From assembly GCA_002633005.1 (NCBI GenBank), contig NMRA01000793.1, positions 96,138-143,206 on the forward strand: a stretch of 47,069 nucleotides of DNA. The letters are read 5' to 3'. This DNA comes from Phoronis australis. Its lineage: Eukaryota > Animalia > Phoronida. Positions 1 through 12,771 of this stretch are shown piece after piece (the first letter of the stretch is position 1; each line of letters begins with the position of its first letter). The notes under the pieces were generated by a model. The model made no database searches. It saw only the letters and a list, made by a program, of their open reading frames with translations, and had not been told where the DNA came from. Both the position numbers and the translations under genes were made by a program.

Positions 1-829
1 GATCATTAGTTGCGCTGGTAAGCCAGAGCTTAACGGGTTTGTTCATGTTGGGAATAAACCGCTCAGTCTTAGGTTGTCGACGTAAAGCACACGTGTTGTC
101 ACACACACATTTGATTATTAGCCTAATTTACATCAAATACTAGCAAAGGAAAATATTACCGGGGTACGACCAGTCACTTTTACTTCAGACTTGTTTAGTT
201 TAACGTATACATGTACAAATTAATCCAGACGATTGTGAAATCTACAACCACATACTTTTATATAGCGTGAACTTCTTTCCTTGTTCGCTTTCCGTTAACT
301 GTTGATCTATAAGGAAAGTGCCACACAGACACTCAATAAAAACCGCTTTTCAGCCGAATGTTTCTGGGGCTGTGGATGTCGACCGTAGTGTTCATATATT
401 CCCGCAACCTGGTTGCCTGGTACTTGAAGACTAGTAGCTTGATTGGTTGACATGTCGGAGCTATCCATCGGTCTCAACTTGGTTTCACATTCAGACTAGA
501 GGCAGTCTCTCTTGGCAGACAACTAAAGACTCAAGAGTTCAGCATCTTACGGAGAGTCATTCTTTGCTCCGAGTATGGTCTCAAGCAATAACCAAGTCCA
601 GAAACTACTTCTCATCTGAACAAAAACACAGTTGAAGCCACTTTATAGTACTAGACGGTCTAAATTTTTGACATAAGGCGGTTCTACAGTAGCCTTAGGT
701 AATATACATTTACATGCTCGCGCTTGGAACGATTCATTTTGTTCACAAAACACCCATTTGCAAAAAGGCGATTTGTTTCACTTACGTGTATCAAGAGCCA
801 CCTTCGCTCATCGCGTTTTCTTATTCCAG

Positions 830-984
830 TGTGCTTTCTTCGTGCTTGCAAGAGGCATTGTCCCCATGGCTACAGAAAAGATAGAAGAGGGTGTCAAAGC
901 TGCAGATGTAAACCTAAAATCTACTTCAAAAACTTCAAAAGATTCTTTGATAGAAATGCTGTATTGAACATTCGAAATATGTAA
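830..984 (+). CDS. Terminal coding exon encoding an antistasin-type Cys-rich protease-inhibitor-like domain; upstream exons not identified
   Basis: Acceptor tttcttattccag ends at 829. The exon reads (V)CFLRACKRHCPHGYRKDRRGCQSCRCKPKIYFKNFKRFFDRNAVLNIRNM*, matching the antistasin pattern C-x4-C-x3-CPxG[FY]xxDxxGCxxCxC. AATAAA follows at 1002-1007. Confidence 0.8.
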
Positions 985-1422
985 TAGGTTTTCACCGCCA
1001 CAATAAATGACCAGACCCGTTAGAAGCGCCTGTTTGTTTTATTCTCCACACAATTCACAACTTTAAGCACCTAAGTCTGTAAATTTTTATTAAATCCAGG
1101 TTTCAGCAACTTCAACATCTCGAACGATCTTTTTTGTAAAATATCTATGGTTCCTTCTCCTGGAGCCTCGATTATGGTTCCAGATGATCCCATTCTCTCA
1201 AAGTCGACCATGGACCCTAGGTGTTGTTCCTGGCATGTTGTTTCATTTTGGTTGTTTACACGGTCAGCAAGTCATTTGATTGGCCAACCGTGATGTGGGA
1301 CTTGGCCCGCCCCTCAGGCCTTCACGAGTGTCCCTTCGTTACATTCATTCTGATCTTGTCTTGCGAAGAAACCAAGCGCCGGTAATAATACAGTATTGAC
1401 GTCACAGTAAACGTTCATGCTA

Positions 1423-2089
1423 AGGAGTCACTGAACAGTTCTCACAGGGTTTGCCTGTCAGAACACACGTGAATGGACTCTCCACCCTTTCTTCACCCTG
1501 TCAACAACTGCAGGCAAATAAAGAAAAGTTTTGAGTCATTTCACATCACAAACCATACACATGATGAGCACAGAAATTTTATTCTCTCTTGCATTTTTGA
1601 CCCTTGCACCCCCAGTGGAAACCAAGTCAGATTAAGAAAATTAAGGGCAAAAAACCCCGCAAAATCGGCACTTTTCACCCCAAAACCACTTCTTCCCTGC
1701 CGATGCTCGACTAAAGCCAACATTAGATTCCGAAAGCAAATCTCCTACCGATTCCAAAAATGTGGTCCAAAAGTACTCCCAACCAACTAGTTTTTTGTAA
1801 ATCTGGCTTGTTTGAGGGCTACCTGAAATCACGGCCAATTTCTCATTTGCTACACAGCAATGCACAATTGCAACAAGGGGAGCCACCATCTTGAAGAAGA
1901 GTGTAGCTACATCCGAGAAAGTGGTCTTTTTTCATTCTCGGCATGTTCAAAACACAAACAAACCACATTCTCTAAGCCTACATGAAATGCCTACTGACAA
2001 AATGCCCCCAAACTTGGCCTACACCAAAATTTTAATATTTTGGCAGTGCAAATTGGCCGCGGCCGCAGCCTAACTGTTCAGTGCCACCT
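1423..2089. mobile_element. Non-autonomous TIR element (Kolobok-like MITE)
   Basis: Left aggagtcactgaacagtt matches right aactgttcagtgccacct as an imperfect 18-bp IR. Termini are purine-purine and flanks are degenerate TTAA-like. Confidence 0.5.
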
Positions 2090-3299
2090 AAACTGAGAAG
2101 ATAACTAGTGGCAGTGGTCACATGTACCAGCTTAAATGTGACCAGGCTCCGCAAAACGAGTTTGTGATCTATTTTAAAACAAAATCTGTCACGTGTCATG
2201 ACTCGTCAGCTCGTTTTAACGACATTTAAAAATGTCGCGAGTGTAAACAATTTTTGAGAGACTGGGACCTGTTTGCACATCATTTACAATAACTGTCTAG
2301 TGGCGAGAAAATTCTAGTCAAAATCCCGTGCTCTCATTAAAAATACACGGCGATGACTCGCAAGATCTTACTTTTCTAGCAAGACACTAGCGTTATTGAG
2401 TTCGATCCCGAAATGCGCACTGTAGGTTGAGGGCTCTATGCTGCAATTTCACTGATTAAGGGCTTTTTAAAATGAACTTGAACTTGAAGCTTGGAACCAT
2501 GTTCGAGGTTCGCGGTTCAAGGTTTTTAGGACGTTTTACCCACAAATGGACTTTTAACATTAAAATGATAAAAATGAAATACGATTGTTCACAAACCTAC
2601 AAGTTCAATGATGTCTGATCCGCGTGCCATGTCTGATCCGTCGAACCATGTTCAGAGGCATTATATGAGAAACTGCAAAATCACAAAATGTTGCAAACAC
2701 TTATGGAGCTTGTAGCCTTGTTTGTGGCTTTAAATGGTTATGATTACTTGAAGTTGATTTCGTTTAGCATCGGATTGGTTTTGTATTTTGGCGACTTTTT
2801 GTTGGCGGCACTAAACTTGGCTGAGTATCACTGAAGCTAGGATGTGTAAAACCTGAAATTTCCTAAATTAAAAGCACGATTTGGAAAAACTGGTTCATGT
2901 ACGAGTACGGAGTAGCTGTAAAGAAAACCTTCATTGCTTACCGTATACCTTCTTAGCCATGGGATAATTCACCTAGTTTCGACTATCCGACTTCATTTGT
3001 GGGCACTTTCGCGTAATTGTCTTCACAATCGCGCACCGAATATCGTAACTCAAATTGTTATTTTTCAATGAATATTGTTTTTAAAAAGACCTTATTTTAT
3101 TAGTAAAAATAAGAGTTTGATGGCACATAGAACAAGAATTAAGGTTTTGAGAGTATGAGAGAAGAATGGAAGCTCAAAGATGTGAGCAGATACGGGTTTT
3201 TTGTTCTCTTGAAAATTGACAGCAAAGTGTTCTCTAGTTGGTGATGAAAAGAATGTGGTGACTGTTCTGAGATATGATTGAGATAGGTCCAATTTGTGC

Positions 3300-3500
3300 C
3301 CTACATAAACACTCCGGAAGACGTAACAGAATGAAAATCCTTCTGAACAGAGCTGGATTTAGCACTAAGGACTCGGCCGCTGAGCATGATACTGCCAGAC
3401 AGTGTGCCCCATTTACAGAAGAAAATTTGGTGTGGACGTCATCCCGTCTAAACACTGCGACTTCTCAGATCATTCTTCACGTCTAGACACTGCCCCTTCT
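3300..3500 (+). pseudogene. Possible decayed DNA-transposase N-terminal Cys/His motif fragment
   Basis: ILLNRAGF followed, after a frameshift, by TVCPIYRRKFGVDVIPSKHCDFSDH. This resembles an L-x-RAG...[IV]CPxHR..G...C...H pattern I recall from invertebrate transposases; family uncertain. Confidence 0.3.
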
Positions 3501-4550
3501 CAGATCATGGAGGAAGGAAGGAGAAAGACCATGCAGCTCCAACAAGTTTCCGCACAATTAGTTTAGTTGTTTTGGTGGAAATAAGAACTGAGAGTGAGAG
3601 CAATGTGACTTCCCAAAATGATCAGGTATGCGTTTTTTTGTTCAATTCTGGATACTAGTCCTCTAAATTAACCAAAAGTAACCCGAGAGCCAGTTACTGC
3701 TTAATAATAGGCACCACTGAGCGGAGGTCAGTGGTCTGGTAATTGCTTACAATATGACATCATTGACCTACACACACGATTTTGCTATCGTTTGATTCCC
3801 TTTTTAACATTGTGAAAATGTCTCCGACCCCCTTCCCTTTGTGTGTTATCGTCAAATTTCTGCTAGCACTATTTCCTGGTAGTGATATTGCCATGTTGAA
3901 TGGAAGGAGTCATCTGGAGGTCAAAAACTGAACTAATCTATCGACACCCATATTCTGCAGACCAACTCGCTCTTTGTAAGTTCAAACTGACCGAGACCCG
4001 TCCATCCCGGGGCCGAGATACGGGTCCAAGGGTTCGAACTCATATGGTTACCTTGGTACGCATTCGCTAACAAGAATCCACGAGGAAAGGGTTCATGATT
4101 TCGAGGTCCGAATTCGTGAGAAGGGTTTCACCTCAGAGAATTTTATGGAACGGTAGTCAAATGTTCACAATTATAAAAAATTTTGGAAAAGCCTGAAACG
4201 CTGCCCCTTGTTGTTTCTTGTATCTCGGGAAAATTTTAGGGGGATCTCGCAGTCAAACGCCACTCATAATCATTAGACACCTGTGTCGCTGTAAACCTGA
4301 GTTGAGCGAACATGGCGGTGTCAACCGGGAAACATTGCACACAGAAGTTTGACGAGGTATACTTTTGGAATGAGAATGGTACTGTTGGTGGAACTGAACG
4401 ATACCAAAATCATGTGTGTAGGTCAATGTCATCATATTGTAAACAATTATGCATATCAGACCACTGCTTCTGCAGTCAATGGCCTAAAAGCTAAGGTTCT
4501 GATGCGAGAGCAATTATTATCCTCACGGACACTGCAATCAACCACTGTTA

Positions 4551-6207
4551 CAGCACGCATCACGAATTTTTGGCCGACCGGTCGGAAATTGGTCGACGAC
4601 CGGCCGTCGACCGGTCGTCTAGCAGCCGACCAACAACGGTCGGCTAGGAGCCGTCTGCTGAGTCGCCTCTGTGGTCGGCACTTGGGTCGGCTAAATAGTC
4701 GCCTAGCGTAGACGACCAATTTGGATTAAGCGTGTCCTTGGTCGGCAATTACCATTTTATGACTTAGCGGGTGAACTTTGGCCAAACAAACATTGAACAG
4801 TTCGCTGTTCGTTCAGCAGCGGCAACTCCGGTCTTGACATCCGTTTATCAACTTATGTTCAACTATTGGAAGGTGTTAAAATCGACTCAACCTACAAATA
4901 TGTGACATTACACCAACGTAAATTTTATGTTGAATTACTGACAGCGTGATAAAATCAAACGTTAAGTGATACCGCGGAAGCATAATTTCTGTCTCTTAGT
5001 ATGATACTTAATTTTTATACAGTATATTATGCATAAAAACAAGAAAGAAATTTGAAATTTTACAGTAAAATTGCCAAATTTCAGAATACAACGCTGGCTG
5101 TTTTACGACCTCAAGTGTTATCATGCCGCGGAATGCTTAACAAGCAGCACTTATTCGCGCTCATCTGTTATTGCTCTTGATCATCACTTCATCACGCTGT
5201 ATAATGCGCTTTACCACAGATAATTTTTGTTTATTTTTGTATAATTTCTTAATATGTTAGTACAGCATTAGAACAAAAGTTTATTTTAAGAACAACATAA
5301 ACNNNNNNNNNNNNNNNNNNNNNNNNNNNNNNNNNNNNNNNNNNNNNNNNNNNNNNNNNNNNTATTCCGTGTTTGATGTCACTGTCCAAGTTCGTGGAAA
5401 TCGTAACCCTATGATGAAGTTAGAGTCATCGAAGTCCGTGGGCTTAGGGCATTCTGGACCGTGAAGTTTGCTTCTGTACGGCAAGGGTTAATCATATGAA
5501 AATAAAAACCCCGGAGTGAGAGCTCTTCGCGGTGTAACAACTCAATCACTATCCCATCATCATGGGCACGTGATAGGAGTACCGTGGAGAATTTTAAAAA
5601 CGCAAAAAGATGCAGTACTGCGTATCACAAACAAAAAACAATTGTGGGCGAAGAGTGTCAAAAATAGCTGCGTTTACAAAATGACTACAGAGTTGTATTG
5701 ACCAGGAAGCAGCCAATCTAATGCAGCTTGTTAACGTCACGATTGAAATTAAAGGTCAAATGTAAAGAAAACATTCACGTCTTTTAACCAAAACTTGTAG
5801 CACCGTCCATAATTCAATAATATTACCGCTGGCCTTCAACCTTCGAATTATTGGTGTTACACAACCGATGTAAACTCATGCAACGGAGACAGTGGAACTA
5901 GGTTAATTTATTTGACCCTGTGCTAAGACGAATATGCATCGACACGCAAAGTGGTATCAGCCTGACAACCTATTACGCAACTGCTACTGTAGCCTAAAAA
6001 TAGCAGCCGACCAGTTGGTCGGCTGATGGCCGGTCGGCTGAAGGGTCGGCTGAAGGGTCGGCTGGGGAGTCGCCTTATGAGTCGGCACTGCGGGCGGCTG
6101 CCGGTCGGCTAATTTTTAGCAGACCGGTCGGCAAATTTGCCGACCGGTCGACGGCCGGCCGTCGACCAATTTCCGACCGGTCGGCCAAAAATTCGTGATG
6201 TGTGCTG
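4551..6207. mobile_element. Non-autonomous DNA transposon with long GC-rich TIRs and TA flanks
   Basis: Left cagcacgcatcacgaatttttggccgaccggtcggaaattggtcgacg... is near-perfectly inverted at right ...cgtcgaccaatttccgaccggtcggccaaaaattcgtgatgtgtgctg (about 65 bp). TA lies at 4549-4550 and 6208-6209. Subterminal ggtcggc/gccgacc motifs are reiterated. Contains an internal N gap. Confidence 0.85.
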
Positions 6208-6949
6208 TACGTGAACACCACTTCTCATTTATGAGGGTGCAACTAAACATTGCTAAAAAATTATCGACCCACTCGACCCAGGACCCACAAGCCCTCGACC
6301 CAGGCTGCACAAGCTCAACTTGTTCCGAACATAGAAAAAGTGCTGACTTGCAGGACCAACGAGTCGAGCCTTGAGATCGGCTGGCTTTTCCCTGTTTTTT
6401 TGCAATTAAGAGAGTCGATTCGGCAAGTTTGAAAGCCAAAAACAGTAAAAAAACAACGCGACCAAACCAAACCAAAGACCTACCAACGGTACAAAAGTCG
6501 TTCCCGGCAGAGTGTAATCCTCTCGTCTGCTCTTCAGTGAATGGCAGATTCAAGCTTTATTTGGGAGAGTGCGAGGAACCGAAGGATATGTAATTTCATC
6601 AATAAATACAGTTTGAAAAACAAACTGCTGACTACATGGAGTATATTGTAAACGAGTATACGACAGAAAGCAAATAATAAAAATGTGACATTATGTACAA
6701 TCACGTTAAAGTACTCTCTCTCTCTAAGATTAGTAGAACTGGGCCATTGGTTACAGCTCGTGGAACTATTTCCGTGACGACGATACCGCTCTCACAATGC
6801 GCTATTCAAGACCGCCGGCGTTCTCACGCCACTTTTTGTTTTTAACCACTAGACTTGAGCTAGAGCGGACTCGTGTGTAGATAGATATGTCTTATTAAAT
6901 GAACGAATCAGAAATGTCTTGCCATAAAAACTTATAAAACTCTATTGAA

Positions 6950-8030
6950 AAGTCTTCATTATTAGGACCATACAGAGTTACTAATGGCAATTTAAAGTTC
7001 TTAACAATATGGATGTATAGTAGCAAAAAATTACCTCTGTTATCGGATTTGATTGCAGGATTTTAAATTCAATGATGTTCCTCAACATACAATGCTGACA
7101 CCTGTGTAGTTACTAATTGAGTTTCGTAGTCCTAATGATGGCTCTTACAGATTCTATAAAATGGGTATCTTTCTGGAAACAGATAGAGAATTTCTTCTGA
7201 CCAACAAAATCTGGTACTTCTCAACGTTTTGATAAGTCTTCTAAGCCGCCACAATTCATCGTAAAAATTGCAACTCGTTTGAACTATCGTCACGAAAAAA
7301 TAAACAGTTGAAATACTTTTTGATGAGAACCTCTGATATACACTACTCCTGTAGAGTTAAGGAGAGACCATTTTGTAGTTGTTCAAACACGATACTTGGA
7401 CTTATGAAGCTTTAAAAAAACAATTTAGTTATTTTTGTAAATGGTCACCTTTTGCCACTACACCAGACTTGTCATTTTTTGTTACAAAACCACAGTTTTG
7501 TGATCATGCTACATTACATATTAAATGCAAACTACCATTATGCAAAGAAACTACAAAAACTATGAAGTTCATCAGAAGGTTTGTCATTATGGTGCACTGA
7601 ATTGCTGTCGTGCAACATGATCTGCTTCTACATGAATTACAATATTACGATTTCTCAGGTACTCTCCTTTTATTTTTAAAATCATATCTGGAATGTCGAA
7701 CTTACAAAGTCCAAATTGAGGGTGTCTTATCGTAAATGCTGGAGTGCCACAGGGTAACGTACTCGGCCGCTTACTCTTCTTACTGTACATCAATGATCTT
7801 CCAGACACAATAAACTCTAAAACATTTTTACATACTGATGACTCTGCAATTTTCTACCCATTCTCAAAAGAGAATCTCCATGACTCCTTACAATTTCAAA
7901 CTGACCTAAACAAACTTTATGAATGGTCTGGAAGTTGTAATTTAAAGCTGAAAAAAGTGTTGATCTTAAATTTTCTAAGTCTAACAATGCTAATTTTCAA
8001 ACAAATCCAATGCTGGAATTATCACTCAAT
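6950..8030 (+). mobile_element. CR1/L2-type non-LTR retrotransposon, 5' part of decayed reverse transcriptase
   Basis: GVPQGNVLGRLLFLLYINDLPDTINSKTFLHTDDS (degenerate YADD) and QTDLNKLYEWS at about 7740-7930. The 5' boundary is approximate. Confidence 0.85.
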
Positions 8031-10744
8031 TAGTCGGTGGGCCAGATTTTGTAGGGCTCTAGAAAATGGTTTTTGTGAGTACTTTAGGGGGGCAATTTTA
8101 TTTTGGTGTTTTTTAATTCATTTATTAGAGTGTTTTTAAAATCTAAAATGTTCCCGCGTATAAAGCTGCACATTTTTGAGAAATTTGAGTTTGAAGTTAC
8201 CTAATAATCACCAAAGAGCTTAGTAAACTTATATTTGTAAAAACAACAGTTTTGGTGACTTCTTTGTAAAACAAGTAATATGGTCCCATCAGTGCCATTG
8301 TATTGAACAATATTACACTCACATTACATGTTTAACTATTGTAAATTAATTGTAAACAGTGAAATTTAAAAAATGTAAAGAGACACCTTGTGGCAAAAAT
8401 GCAAACTAAGTCTGAATGTTACTAGGAAGTTATTCTGGCATTGTCAGGCAACAAAAATAACACACAACACTTGAGACTGGGCAAAATTTGTGCCTCAATG
8501 ATTAAAACATTGACTAATGGTGTAAAATACAGCTTGTTTGTATAATACACCAGAAATATGTTATAGTACAAAAACAATATAGCTGAATGATCTCTGTGAA
8601 TGTGCACAAAGACTATGAAAATAATAGATTATTCTGACAGCGTTTATCAAGCAGTATGAGACAAATGCATGACAGTGATCAAAGTATGTACTTTCTATGA
8701 CTTAATCAACAAATAAAATTAACTTTTTACTACAAAAAAGGAAATAACGGGGTTGGAGGTCTATTTGGGGTTGACTTGTCAAAGAACTATCCAATGTTAT
8801 GCAGTCAGTGTTGCTGATATTAATACAGTTGTCACAGCTGCACATTTCTGTACAGTTTGACCCAGCATTGCAGCACAAACTCAGTTTCCCAGCACAAATG
8901 TTCTTTTTGCACTTGCAGCGTTCGTCGTTTAGTACTGCCCATGGAGATGCGGTTATTGCCATACATATTAACTGCAAAGCTCCACCGCCAAGGAGCCAAC
9001 TATGGTCGATTAGAGAGGGTACAACACTGCACACTGGTGATTAGCCCGCAGGCAATGAAGGGTCAAACGCTAAGTCCTTGTTTGGAGGCGGGNNNNNNNN
9101 NNNNNNNNNNNNNNNNNNNNNNNNNNNNNNNNNNNNNNNNNNNNNNNNNNNNNNNNNNNNNNNNNNNNNNNNNNNNNNNNNNNNNNNNNNNNNNNNNNNN
9201 NNNNNNNNNNNNNNNNNNNNNNNNNNNNNNNNNNNNNNNNNNNNNNNNNNNNNNNNNNNNNNNNNNNNNNNNNNNNNNNNNNNNNNNNNNNNNNNNNNNN
9301 NNNNNNNNNNNNNNNNNNNNNNNNNNNNNNNNNNNNNNNNNNNNNNNNNNNNNNNNNNNNNNNNNNNNNNNNNNNNNNNNNNNNNNNNNNNNNNNNNNNN
9401 NNNNNNNNNNNNNNNNNNNNNNNNNNNNNNNNNNNNNNNNNNNNNNNNNNNNNNNNNNNNNNNNNNNNNNNNNNNNNNNNNNNNNNNNNNNNNNNNNNNN
9501 NNNNNNNNNNNNNNNNNNNNNNNNNNNNNNNNNNNNNNNNNNNNNNNNNNNNNNNNNNNNNNNNNNNNNNNNNNNNNNNNNNNNNNNNNNNNNNNNNNNN
9601 NNNNAAGTGCTTTAAAATCACACCCACAGTATAACGCCATAGGATTATCCCTTAGCGCAAGCAGTGTCGATGTGGCAAGTGAATGGAGTGTTCGAAAAAC
9701 AGGATTGCAGGAGTATTTGTTTAAACTGGGAACAAATGAAAACATTAACGACCTCCTCAGAGGCATCTCTCTACGCGGTACTTCTAAACTTATAGGAACA
9801 TAATTTGCCGAAAAGTATCCGGCATATGGAGTACCTATGGTATGATCATCATCTCTACTGTGTCAGCACTATTGTCTAAGGCCTAGGCAGCCAAGGGGCT
9901 AAACAAGTTAAAAAACAACTGGCGATAATACTGAAACACACATGGAAAACACCAAGATGTATTTTTCAGAAACACGTACCTGTTTTTGAAAGCTATACCT
10001 TTCTCTTTCTTTAAATGTGGCCCATAATGTACTTTTCCTGCTAATAAATGATGCACTCATTTTCAGAATGTTCCTATCTTGTTCAGGTTAATTGGGTGTT
10101 TCAGATTTTGGAAGTATAATTGATTTTCTTGAGAAATCTTGGATAACATCTGTATCACTTTCAGCAACTTCAGCTTTAGTGCTACTGTTGGTGCCTTGAA
10201 ACGTTGCTATGCCGTTCTATGTCCCTTCAATTTTTTGGTCTGACACTTGGTCTTCTAGTCTACAGCACTCAGCAGTAGGCTGTGTAGGCTACCAGGACAT
10301 GCAGCTGTTTTCTGCACAAACGTTTGTGACACCTTTTCTTCTTTTTGATCTACTTATCTACAGAGTTCCACAGTCAATCAGCTTTCGTCAGGAAGCTTTC
10401 CTAAGCTTCTTTAGGCTCTGACATCACAATGTTGTGCTGTTTGATAAACCTTGAATTATACAGGCATCACACTCCATGGGAGCAGCCATATTGAAGTAAC
10501 TAAGCACAGCAATACAATCTGGCTCTCTGATTGGTCAATTCAATAGAAAAGCGCCATCAAGTGGCAGGAATGTGCATCATATTTTGTGCAACAAAAACAC
10601 CTTTTTTAAAAAAAATGTGCAAGTTTAGACGTGGGAGCTTTTTTGAATTTGATTTATAGGTATATTATCTAGCCACATAGAAAAAACTAGGTTGCCCCCC
10701 AAATTATTCACAAGGATCTGAGATGAGATCTGGCCCACCGACTA
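8031..10744 (-). mobile_element. Academ (AcademX-like) DNA transposon, internally deleted or decayed, inserted into the LINE
   Basis: Perfect 17-bp TIR tagtcggtgggccagat / atctggcccaccgacta with TAG termini. 3-bp TSD AAT at 8028-8030 and 10745-10747. A further imperfect subterminal IR lies at about 8142-8180 vs 10610-10647. Cys-rich C-terminal relic on the minus strand. Confidence 0.85.
8702..9034 (-). pseudogene. C-terminal Cys8/CXC zinc-finger fragment of an Academ-type transposase
   Basis: PSLIDHSW...ASPWAVLNDERCKCKKNICAGKLSLCCNAGSNCTEMCSCDNCIN fits the C-x-C...C...C...CTExCxC..CxN terminal motif. Confidence 0.75.
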
Positions 10745-10747
10745 AAT

Positions 10748-11952
10748 GGGGAAGTTATTCCCAATAAGTTCGCACACAAACACCTTGGCTTGCCACTAGA
10801 CCATAAGTCTACATTTACTCCTCACTGTCGCGAACTCGTTCATAAAGTACAAAAATTAATCAATCAAATTAGAATTGTCTCTCGTCATCTCAACTCCATG
10901 CATCTTGAAACTCTGTTCAAGTCTTTTATACTTCCACATGTACATGTAGATTACTGTGACATAATCTACCAATCGCCAAACGCTGGCATACTTCTTCAAT
11001 TAGAAAAACAACAATACCAAGCAGCTTTAGCCATAACAGGAGCATACAAAGGGTCCAACACAACCAAGCTTCCAAATAGTCTCAACTGAAGCAAACTAGC
11101 AACCCGTCGTAAATCCACTTGTCCATGTATACACTCAAGGTCTTAACTAACGCAAACAATTATTCAAACAAAATCCTCTTTGACTCCTACAAAAGACTTA
11201 CCACGAGACCAGGACTGCGGCAGAGTAATATGTACACTATTCCATCTTCCCTCAGTCAAGCCTTCAAATCTACGAATTCAACTTGCATTGACAACTGGAA
11301 TTCCTTACCATCCAAAATAAAAAGCGCTTCAATAGTCACTCTCAAAAACTACTTTAAAATGCATACCACTACTGAAGACTTGCCAGTCCCATTGACATAA
11401 TTCAAACTTCCTCGCAACCATGAAATAATCCTATACAGATCAAGATGCGGTCTATTATTAATATAATGATATTTCGCCTCTGTGTTCCTGTGGAGACACC
11501 CAGACAAATGTTCATGTTTTCTTTGCTTGTGAGGTATGCAGGGAGCAGAGGGTACATCTTTTCCAGACACTCGAACAATACCGCAATCTTCACAAAAAAT
11601 AATCTGAAATTCTGCAATTGTACAACAAAATTATTTTTTTCTATATGGGTGTCAAGAACTCATCCTAAATGAAAGTAAGGTTTTATTCAAAATAGTATCA
11701 AAATTTCTCTATAATATTAAATCTCTTTGTGTGAGTGGATAGAATTGTATACATGTGTATGAAAATGATTTATTTACATTCGTAATCATATGTCATTATA
11801 ATCTTAACATCAGTTTTTTAATTTATGTTTGTGTGTATAATAATTGTATATAGATTTCTTTGTATTTATTTAACACAGAGATAATGCCTCTTGGCGCTTT
11901 CTGGGTTATATATATTCAATGTATTCAAGATTTCGTAATAAACATTAAAAAA
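10748..11952 (+). mobile_element. CR1/L2-type LINE, 3' part (RT C-terminus and 3' UTR), continuation of 6950-8030
   Basis: LFKSFILPH..DYCDIIY...LEKQQYQAALAITGAYKGS, then WNSLPSKIK and SPLCSCG..HVFFAC. Ends in aataaa and an A-rich tail at about 11937-11952. Confidence 0.85.
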
Positions 11953-12638
11953 TATTTCGCTCGACAATTAGAAAAGGATAAACAGTGAGTGCTACTTTAC
12001 TTGGAGAATACAATCAGTTGTGATCTATTCTTCATTTGGTGGAATTTAGCAGACAGCAGAATAAAAAAATCTTCACTGATTTTGTTCGAAATAACCTGAA
12101 ATCTATGGCATCGTACATATAACTGGACTTTAAGGTACATTGTAAATATCCAACTTTAAGTGAATGTATCGGATCAGTGGCCTTGTCATTTGTCAGGTGA
12201 AGGTGGACCCCGTGTGGGGTTCTTTGGATAATCGCTGGCTCCGAAGTACTTTTCCTCGAACACTTATTTTTTTCATCGTCTCAGCTTTACAAATTCCCAA
12301 GTAATGAACGTACGGTTCTCTGCTGAAAAGTATCGCTTGTTGTCTTTGTCGAAGCGTTTTCGGAATGTGCAAAAAACGCTCCTCAATTCCACCAGGAACG
12401 TCGTTTAGCGACAGTGTGGATTTGCCTCTGACATCTTGAATGTTTGTTTGTCGGGTATCATGTGACTTTTTGCAAGGAGGCGGAGCTTGCGACAGGTCAA
12501 GTTCGACCTTAATGTTCATTGACCAGGAAAAGACATGCAGGTTATTACTAAGCAGTTGTGATCCGTAACGTGCTGAGCATTAACAATGAACTAGAAAATG
12601 AACCAGTTCACTGTTCTATTGACCTGGTTAAAACAGCG

Positions 12639-12771
12639 ATGAAGATTTCGAACCAGTTTTTTTATTTTTTAGTATTGTCAGGCGCTCTCGTTTCTTTTAC
12701 GTTATACATACAATGGGTTGGATCTTGGAAACTGACCGTTGCCATTCGTTCCCCACTTCTGAGGCAAAAAA
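12639..12771 (+). CDS. First coding exon of a probable type II membrane (signal-anchor) protein, paralog 1
   Basis: MKISNQFFYFLVLSGALVSFTLYIQWVGSWKLTVAIRSPLLRQK followed by a phase-1 gtaagt donor at 12772. 22 of 44 residues are identical, without gaps, to the exon at 34563. Confidence 0.7.

Noticed and set aside
4349-4719. Arg-rich ORFs here and at 6116-6553 sharing ITNFWPTGRKLVD
   Set aside because: They are translations of the same GC-rich TIR in opposite orientations.
8857-9803. Long ORFs spanning N runs (also 17052-17449 and 43401-44329)
   Set aside because: Their length is an artefact of assembly gaps.
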